Shown: positions 54,305-64,000 of the stretch, piece after piece
Position numbering within the stretch: the stretch's first letter is position 1
Layout: every line of letters starts with the position of its first letter
Assembly (NCBI GenBank): GCA_951406725.2
Contig: OX597831.1
Coordinates: forward strand, 62,372,001 to 62,436,000
Direction of reading: 5' to 3'
DNA from: Octopus vulgaris
Lineage: Eukaryota
Length of the DNA stretch: 64,000 bases
Position numbers and translations under genes: made by a program
Notes under the pieces: model-generated
Told to the model about the DNA's origin: nothing
The model's database searches: none
Seen by the model: the letters and a program-made list of their open reading frames with translations, nothing else

Positions 54305-57300
54305 ATTATTATTATTATTATTGTTGTTGTTGTTATTGTTGTTGCTGTTATTGTTACTATTATTATGATTATTACGATTATTATAAACACAACTGGTTTA
54401 CTAATTAATATACGTAACGGAGTGTCATCCGCTGATTATCATTCCAGTAGTTACCTTTCAATATATGCTTTTAATATGTTTATGTCATTGATTTTCAACA
54501 TGCGCGCAAACACATTATTCAGACCTACAATGTGATTTGAATACGAAGAGTAGGAAACTGCACGGCATTTTTCATCCCTCTACTGATTCTTGCAGGTAGC
54601 TCTCCTTTCATCATATCAAATATTGTGAATACACTTCAAACGGTTTTCATTCTTCTATTCCATTTGGATTAAAAATTAAACGATATTGTACTGTTGGTTA
54701 AATATCACCTCGATACTACAAGCATCCATTTAGATTTCAAGATGTTTTATGTCGCAAGCGGATTATATGTAAAACTCCACATTATTGCATATAAAGATGA
54801 ATGCTGTGAGCGGGGTTCTACTAAATTTATTGTCTTCTAATAAATCGATATAAACAACTTTCTTTCACATGCGGTATACGGTATCCTTCTAAATATAAAA
54901 CCTTCGGTGTTTGCTACATTTGTATACAGCATTGTAATGTTTACTGAAGTGAATAGTATTCATTTGTAATGCCAATACCGAACAAAACAGGATAAAGAAG
55001 GCAGATTAAGAATTGTTATTGTGAACTGCATGTTAATGTAAGATAACAGACACACATGTCCTCCATTGATAGTTAAGATTACTGTCTTCTCTTCTTAATT
55101 GTATATAGCATCTATTTAATCCATAACGCAATCTTGTATAACCTCTAGAGACCCTGAACACAATATTGCTAACATATTCCAGTAATGGATGTTTTAATAC
55201 ATACTTAGTTTATCGTATGTTTCTTCTTTGTTGAAATCACACTGGGAAATAATGAGAAGTCCATGTCTTCGATGTTAATCAGATAAGTACGAATAATAAG
55301 TATTGGTAATTTAATCGATTATTTCTACTTACGAAACTATGCCGTACTTCTCGGTCAAAATAAATCAATAATTATTTTGTAATTTAGATAACTGAAATAG
55401 GTACACTCCTACTTATATATTTTAGTGTCTGATTATTTTACTACTATATGCTGCAAGTTAAAATTGTAACACAGCTGTAATTTTAAAGTCAAAGACTGTA
55501 TCAAGTTTAAAAACGACCTTTAAAAACCTTTATTGTGCCAATGTAAAAAACGTTATATCTGAACAGGCAGCGACAAGAGAGATGCAGACATTCATTTCTC
55601 CAGGAACCATAACAGGTAACGTATCAATGCTGAGGTAAACCTTTGACATTAAAGTTAGAGAAATATATTCATCTTCTGCATGGGCAACTAGTAAAACAAG
55701 AGTTCAAACTATGCAGCTTTAAGTTTATTCTACTGTCTGAACTCTTTGTAATACGTTTCATAGCATATCAATGAAGCACAATAAACCATTGTCTATTTGG
55801 GAGGTGATGCAGTAAAACGTCAGCTCATTGTGACGTCTCAAATCAGCGATGTAATGCTAATTCTCCTTCAGAACATCACATCTTACAATGCTAATGATAA
55901 AAGACTTCAAAATCACTATATCCCTTTTCTACTCGCTAACCATTTTCCAGTTTCGTAAATCTTAATGAAATTCAGTATTTCTAGAATTAGCTAACGTATT
56001 ACGATTTATATACGACAATGTATTGGGTAATCTTTCCTGCCAAAATATATCATTTGTATCCTGCACGATATGAACAATATGAAGAGAATTTGAAAGATTC
56101 GCAATAAAATACTCTCGTTTGTAAACTTGGCAAATACGTGACCTCTATGTAAATTGGAACTTAAATTTTAAAAAGTCTCTCGATGCTGAGCCTTGAACTT
56201 GTCAAACCTTCTACATCCAATTACTTTACTTCATATCTGCAAATTTGATACATCAACAGACGTATGGAAAATTCCAAGATTTATATTGAACTTTACGATC
56301 GTGGTTGAATTGTTTCATATATTAATTGCTTTCAGTTGATAAATATATTTACCATGATAATTAGAAATGGTATTAATTATATGTAATTCATTAACCAGTT
56401 TAATATGTATGTGATTATCACTCTGCGAAGGTCGCGTCTCAAAATGTGATGCAGTAAGCGAATAGCCATGACTACATGGCTGCATTTGTGAAATTCTCAA
56501 TGTTTGAGCTTATAGTTAGTTGTCTATATCATAAAACCAAGGTGAGTACGTAAGAGCTACTATTTTCACATATATATTTGTAACGGATAAAATTTCATAA
56601 CATACATTGTAACATTCGAACTGATAGGTGAATAGGCGTATTGATTGAAGAAGTGCTGCAACGATGTCCTCAAAACAGAGATTAGATTGTTGACACAAAG
56701 ATATGTTTTACGTGCTTAACATAGATATTGGACAGCAAAGAGAGTCCTTCATATATACGAGGAAAGAACAGGCAACTTGATTGATGAGAAAGGAATGTAC
56801 TTAAATGATATTCGTATGTGTATAAAGCGCAGAGAAGGAGATTGGTGATTCAGATGCATACACAATTCCATCTGGAGAATAAGAAAACTTTCTAGAGATT
56901 TTGCAGTAATATTGTGTTCAATGTCCAATGCTGAGTGATATATTCAAACTTTTCGAGATTTCATTTCCCACTACGCCTGCCTAAAATCATGTGACATTGT
57001 TTAATGTGCATGTACCAATGCTGGTGATGAGGATAATGTAGAATCACAAATATATTCTCAACATACAAGGTTCAGTTCAATTCTGTATTTCAACTTGAAA
57101 CGAAGGGCATGAAATATATTTCCAAGACATGTTAGTTTGTGGGAGCCTACAGAATGTAAATAATCGAAAATGTTGCAAGGAGTGTAGGAGTTGAAGAGCA
57201 AAGAAATGTTTGAAATCCTGAGGTTTGTTGAGAGATATAGTTGAATTTAGTTTAAAACAGTATTGTAAAATCAAAAGTAGTATATGGAAATGCGAAATAA

Positions 57301-57623
57301 ATAGTTTTATATGTTCTTTTAAATACGGATGGACGAAAAATAGGCATCTTAAATGTATAAGCTTATACACACAAACACACACACACATATGTGTATGTGT
57401 GTTTATGTGTATGTGTGTGTTTGATTAATTACTGAATTTGAAAATGAAGAGATTTAATGGATATAAATTGATATATCAATTAATTATCATGGCATACAAC
57501 TGTTTTATTTCACGTTCAAATTAAATCACAAAACATTTAATTATATAAGTTTGCATTTCAAAATACTGTGGGTGGGAAAAATGACATTTCAGAAATTATA
57601 TTTTGAACGGTTTAAATACTCCA

Positions 57624-57687
<64 letters not shown>

Positions 57688-57689
<2 letters not shown>

Positions 57690-57967
57690 AAGTAGATAAA
57701 TGGTACAACAAAGCACCAATATTTACTGGAAAATAGCAATCGATATGAATACAATGCTATTGTATAGCTTCACTGCGTATATACTAGCAAAGAGGTGTGT
57801 GTTCAACAAACATAAATAAAAATTTGTCCTACCTCTAGGAAGAACATCTGATAAATGGACAACCTAGAATCGTATAATGCAGGACCGGTTTCTGACTCTT
57901 CAAATACATTTGACAACGTAGATTTGATTAGTATTCATCAGCTGCATTTACCTGGAGAAAAGTTCAA

Positions 57968-57969
<2 letters not shown>
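57688..57969 (-). mobile_element. Hammerhead-bearing element (family H5) between (TA)n tracts; partial second copy at 58367-58464
   Basis: aaagta(g/a)ataaatggtacaac...tttactggaaaatagcaat...tgtatagcttcactg present twice, each abutting a TA tract. Confidence 0.8.
57876..57948 (-). ncRNA. Type-I hammerhead ribozyme with intact core, predicted GUC cleavage between 57883 and 57882
   Basis: Minus strand AATGCAG-CTGATGA-ATACT..TCAAA..TTTGA..AGTCA-GAAA-CCGG-TC-CTGCATT; perfect 7-bp stem I, palindromic ACCGGT stem III, extended stem II. Confidence 0.85.
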
Positions 57970-58035
<66 letters not shown>

Positions 58036-58036
58036 C

Positions 58037-58067
<31 letters not shown>

Positions 58068-58238
58068 TTCTATATATACATAGATACATAATATACATAT
58101 ATATATACATATATATACATATATATATATACATATATATATACATATATGTACATATATATATATACATGTATATACATATATATACATAAATATGCAT
58201 ACATATATACATATATATACATAAATATATATATATAC

Positions 58239-58305
<67 letters not shown>

Positions 58306-58366
58306 CACATATATATACATGCATATATATAGACATATAGACATATATATATACACATATACATAT
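57970..58366. repeat. Long degenerate (TA)/(TACA) tract
   Basis: Seen directly. Confidence 0.95.
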
Positions 58367-58753
58367 AAAAGTAAATAAATGGTACAACGAGGCACCGATA
58401 TTTACTGGAAAATAGCAATTGTAATAAAAACGACGCTGTTGTATAGCTTCACTGTATAGCTTCATCTTTTACTGGAAAGCAATACTTTCGTATTGCATTA
58501 TTATTTTATATATATACATATATATATATTTCAAACAAACGCCATTTCCCTATTACTTCATTTTTTTTAACTACCATTCTGCGAAACGATCGTAAAATGC
58601 GTTAAAAACTTAATTCGAAACTTTTAAATTGTCATAATTATTATTATTTCATATTTATACTTATACATATTTATATTTTTAATACAATTATCTTACACAC
58701 GTATATATCTTTCTGAAGAATTTTCTAATACTGCTTTCCTGATATCAATAATA

Positions 58754-58800
<47 letters not shown>

Positions 58801-60077
58801 TTATGTGTATGTATGTACGTATGCATATGTGGCTATTCAAATATTAAAAGGAAATCGATATTACAAAAAAGTATTTCTACAATGTTAAAAAGAATTCAAA
58901 TTAACGTGCAAACCACAGATCATGTCAACAGTATTATTACTGGAGAAATGTTGGTATTCCCAACACACTAGAAGTTGAAAATGCTTCCTGCAATAAATGA
59001 AATTACTCATTGAGAAAACAATTTGCTCTCAAAGATATTTTTTACATTATATAACGTTCTCGCATCGCTCTCTCCATAACAATAGTCCAAAGCCATTTAG
59101 TGTTATCTCAATTTTAAGGTCACAATGTAGTTTTCAAATGATGACTCATCCGTTTATATATCATCACGTCCCCTCTTTCCATCTCAAACTTCCTTTCATA
59201 TCAATTTCTTCCAGACAGTTTGTTAACTAGTCTATGTCGTACCAATTATATTCTATAACTAGCACCAAGATTACCATTTTCTTATTTCCAAATTTACCAG
59301 TATGTCCTTCCACATCCTCGGGGTAAACCAAGTAGTTTTCATCAACTTACAATGTGGTTTGTTATATAAGCAATCCGTATTGCTTATATCACATGAACGA
59401 AATAACTATGTGTCGGCATTTGAGACATGACCATCGTGAAAGTAAATTTTCATAGCAGTGCCTTTTTCGCTCCAATTGAAGCTAAACTTTCTTTGCTTTG
59501 GCCAAAAGTACCCCTTCAAATTTTTCATCCGGTAAATAAAGCCCCTGTGTTAATTGAAAAAAAGATCTAAGGGAAAATTTTCATCAGGATTTCTTAAATG
59601 TACTTGGTTGGCTGACTGAACTAGTCTTGCATATGACTATTTTGTAAATGATATAATATCATAGTCAGAGACTATGATCAGTAGGAAGAAAAATTTTAAT
59701 CATCAAATATATAGAGGCAGAGTTTCGGTTATGATGCACTTAGCTATCTGAATATAAAAAAAGTAAAACTACAGGCGCGTCGAATGATAGCTCCATCAAC
59801 AGGATGCTGATTTCTCCAATGTGAGACGTAAAGTGCTGTAATAACCCATGAATGGATGCAAATGTATTCTGCAGTATAAAAAAATACGTTACATGCTGAA
59901 ATGCATACACAAATGCATGAGCACCTTCCTATATTATAAAGATAAATAGAAAGAAGCCAATGACTAGAACCTCAGAAACCTGCCGGTACTAATGTTTGTT
60001 TCTATCATGAGATTTAAGTGTTTTGCAATCATCAATAACTTAGTTTCACACATCCAGGCAGGACACGGCAAAGTACT

Positions 60078-60476
60078 ATTTTACTCAGTAATCTGACTGT
60101 GGCCATGCTGGAGCACCGCCTTTAGTCGAGCAAATCGAGCCCAGGACTTATTTTTTGTAAGCCTAATATTTATTCTATCGGTCTCTTAGGCCGAACTGCT
60201 AAGTTACGAGGACATAAACACACTAGCATCGGTTGTCAAACGATGCTGGGGAGACAAACATAGGCACACACACACACATGCATACACGCACACATATATA
60301 TATACGTATATACGACGGGCTTCTTCTAGTTTCTGTCCACTAAATCCACTCACAAGACTTTGGTCGGCCCGAGGCTATAGTAGAAGACACTTGCCCAAGG
60401 TGCCACGCAGTGGGACTGAACCCGGGACCATGTGGTTGGTAAGCAAGCCATCTACCACACAGCCACTCCTACACCT
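60078..60476 (-). mobile_element. SINE family B copy
   Basis: Reverse complement of 30313-30724. Confidence 0.9.
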
Positions 60477-60663
60477 GAAACTTATTTTTAAAAATCCGTA
60501 TGAAGGGACTGAGAAAATGGAGTTCAGACATCTAATCCATTAAGTTCAGACATCTGGTCTATGGCGACCACATCTTCTCTTCTGAGTGAGAGCAAAACAA
60601 TAAAAATAATACAGCTAAATCCGCTACTACTAATTTTTCTTGTACTATCAATGCAACAACAAA

Positions 60664-60664
60664 A

Positions 60665-60756
<92 letters not shown>

Positions 60757-60790
60757 CACACCCACTACTACAGACACTGCTACTACTGCC
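60664..60790. repeat. (CTA)n tract
   Basis: Seen directly; another (TAC)n at 62407-62470. Confidence 0.95.
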
Positions 60791-60859
60791 ACTTACTCAT
60801 TCTCTCCGTCCTCAAATTTATTCTGAATACAATTTCATGCCATTATAATTAGAACGAAA

Positions 60860-61070
60860 GTAGCGGGCCAGAAGAATCATTAGCGCATCGGATAACCTGC
60901 ATCGTAACATTTAGTATAGTTTGTTTTCGTTCTGAATTCAAATCCCGCAGTGTCAGCTTTGCCGTTCATTCTTTGGGGGTCTACAAAATAAAGCAACCAT
61001 CAAGTACTAGGACTATTGTAATTCACATACCCTTCCCTTAAAATTTCCGTCCTTAACTAAAAATGTGCAA
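60860..61070 (+). mobile_element. Diverged SINE family A variant
   Basis: cgttctgaattcaaatcccgc...ctttgccgttcattctttgggggtc body. Confidence 0.65.
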
Positions 61071-62008
61071 CCACTATAAGTAAAATGGTTTTTTCCACTC
61101 TGTTTTGATATTCATAAGGGACAAAATATACACACAAATGCACGCATACACACATACACACACACATATATATACATACTCACACGCAGAGAAAAGTTGA
61201 AAAAACAAATAACTGAGATTAAACAATGCTGCTTGAGTTGTAAATGTGTTTGAAAGTTTTAATTATAAAACAAGAGATAAAAAAAGTAGTTGACTGATAT
61301 AACCTAAAATGCTGTGGGCAATTTAAATCAGATTCTTTACACGAAGGAAGAATATTATTTTTGACATTTGAAGAGAAATGTAAAAGACACGTATCAGTGA
61401 AAGAAAGAAAATTTTCGTGAATGAACATGGAAGATTACAGAAAGAAATAGCGTAGCTCGTTTTCTGCCCACGAACAAGTGATTAGTAGGAAGATTCTTAA
61501 AAAGCAAACATTGAGAAGAAAAAGAAAAAAAGAGCTGGAAACTGGAAGATAGGAAATATCAGAAGCGTTGCAAAATAGATGAAAGTATCAAATTAGCAAG
61601 CTTGTATAACAGAATAGAGAACAAAATGCGAGACGTTAGCGAAAAATACGCAGAGGGATTAGTGGGCAATACGGATTCTAGGTGAATGGAAAATGGAACT
61701 CACACAAACCCGAAACTATTATTGAAAATGTATGATGTAACATCGAGCGGGATTTATCAGTACACACTGACCGTGTAATAAAGACATGGACGCCATGTTA
61801 TAATGCTTCCGGGGAAAGAATTGAATTATCATATGCAATGAAAAATCAGTATGAAAGTCAAACACAAAAGTAAAATGCAATGCATTTGTATCAGAGCAGA
61901 ATTATGAGCTGCATATATAAATGAAATGCACAGTAATATATGCAAGATGGGAAAAATAACAACAGATAAGGGACACAGGCTTTCTTCCCTTGTGGCTATA
62001 TTCTCAAG

Positions 62009-62057
<49 letters not shown>

Positions 62058-62406
62058 TGCGATTGCGTGTTTTCTGTAGTGAATATTTTCTATAGCCAGA
62101 AAATTAATGCGCTTCAGATTTTACCTTTCTTACTGAATAATCATACAGTGTGTGCAACCTTAAAGAATCAAAGCTGCATCGAAGTTTTTTTTATATATGC
62201 GTGTGTGTTTGTCAGTGTGTATGTATTAAAATTTCTATGTACTTAAGAATGCAAAGATGGTTGAGAATTTGGCACGGGATCAGCAATCCTTGCGGAAAGG
62301 GTTAACCGCGGAAGAGATGCCACTGTGTAATTGTCCAACATGGTAAAGATATTGCCATCTCACCGCCTTATTTCCGTTGGAAAACGTATGCAGCCTCTGG
62401 TACTGG

Positions 62407-62471
<65 letters not shown>

Positions 62472-62569
62472 TCTATTACATACATATTTGACTAATACCA
62501 TCAATAAGTAGAAGGAAGGGGAGGAGGAGAAGAAGATGAAGAAAAAGAAGTAGAGCAGAAGAAGAAGAA

Positions 62570-63270
62570 GAAGAACTATGTTTATGGGATCAGCAGAGTT
62601 GATGTCAAAATACGGAAGCTGATGGCAATGCATCATATGAATCACCAAAAACATAGAAGGAGTAAGATATACTTCCCGAGAAAGGAAGGTGTCCTGGGAT
62701 CTCAACACTCATTTAAAATATTAACCGTGAGACATTCAAGCGACGTACAACGAACAGAAATGCGACAAGATGAACCAGTACCCACAGAAAAAGATGACTT
62801 CAACAAACAAAATAAATAAAAATCATAGCCACACAAGCCAACCTCCTATACATTAAAGAGGAATGGAATAAATGGATATAGCATGGCAAATGCCCGACTA
62901 GAAAATGGGATCCTGACGTAGATCAAACACTTATTCCTTAGTGGCTGTCATGCTCTGTTTCAAACCAGAAACTGAGACGCAAATCATTGCTGCTCTGGAC
63001 CAGTTCCTTCCAGCTAGGAATTATTAGTATTGTCTTGAAATATGAAAGCAGCTGAACACGCCGCATATGCGAAGAGCGCCCAAAGACAGCCGCTGATATA
63101 GTCTCTTGACACATCAGACTGGCTACCAATAGAATACTTGCAGCTTTGTACATACAGTGGTCAAGATGCAGCACATACAACCTCCTTCATGAGAACAATT
63201 AATCGGAATATAAGCTGCCATAAGTTGCTCAGAATGCCGAGATTACCATCTTTTGGGATTTCATTTAGTA
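62570..63270 (+). pseudogene. Old R4/Dong-type LINE fragment
   Basis: MHHMNHQK..KIYFPRKEG matches MHRMHHPK..RLYLPRKEGGRG; later HGKCP, KPETE, ITIFWDF remnants. Confidence 0.7.
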
Positions 63271-63519
63271 GCCCCGACAGCCCCAAAATAAACGAACTAC
63301 AAAGGTCCTACTTATGATCACCTCACATATTTTACTTAAACGCTTCTTCATGTAAATGCTCACTTGCTCACCTGGGATCTTTTTTCTCTCTTCTGTGTTT
63401 TCAGTTGCATGGCTCCTCACCGGCTAACATCTGATGCAAAATCTTGTTGTCTCTTGACGTTCCTGATTAAGATTTGGGTGCAACTCATATAAATTAAAGT
63501 AAAACCAAGACATAACTCA

Positions 63520-63543
63520 ATAATGATAATAATAATAATGATA

Positions 63544-63584
<41 letters not shown>

Positions 63585-63606
63585 GATGATGATAATGATG
63601 ATGATG

Positions 63607-63645
<39 letters not shown>

Positions 63646-63678
63646 CTAATAACAATAATAATGATGATAATAATAATA

Positions 63679-63727
<49 letters not shown>

Positions 63728-63732
63728 TGATG

Positions 63733-63769
<37 letters not shown>

Positions 63770-63770
63770 T
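63520..63770. repeat. (TAA)/(TGA)n tract
   Basis: Seen directly. Confidence 0.95.
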
Positions 63771-64000
63771 GAAAACAAGAAAGCATCATACTCAGTAACA
63801 AAACAGGCAAAGGAATATCTAAGTGAATTCCGAATACAACAAATTACAGAATTAGACATACTAGAAACAAGTGCACTAAAAGTGAATTTTATGAAAACCC
63901 GTGCTAAAACTGCTGCCTTAGCTATTCTGACTCATAAACGGCAAGAAAAACCTCTGAATGGCAAATACCCAAATAGAGCGAATAATGCCGATGTTGACAA
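63768..64000 (+). mobile_element. 5'-truncated Dong-like LINE starting in (TAA)n and running off the window
   Basis: ENKKASYSVTKQAKEYLSEFRIQ...MKTRAKTAAL...QEKPLNGKYPNRANNADVD, nearly identical to the 49635 ORF. Confidence 0.92.

Overview
AT-rich eukaryotic intronic or intergenic DNA, dense in microsatellites and transposable elements. The repeat repertoire suggests an octopus or other coleoid cephalopod (inference, not database-checked). No host protein-coding gene can be supported; only weak exon candidates are present. Recognisable content: a young 5'-truncated R4/Dong-type LINE (RT plus CCHC and restriction-like endonuclease) in a cluster of (TAA)n-embedded retroelements, older Dong, RTE and CR1/Jockey-like fragments, Penelope-like GIY-YIG remnants, two mariner relics and one Tc1 relic, four tRNA-derived SINE families, MITEs, and two long hairpins. 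The most striking unannotated signal is a set of at least 8 type-I hammerhead-ribozyme motifs from about 6 unrelated sequence families. Each is followed by a 90-220 nt tail that ends in a (TA)n or TA-rich tract, and one is physically attached to a Penelope GIY-YIG ORF. This points to a TA-microsatellite-associated, ribozyme-bearing Penelope or retrozyme-like system. A parallel (TAA)n-associated system is formed by the Dong LINEs plus a non-coding ~540 bp element. All alignments and folds were done by eye.
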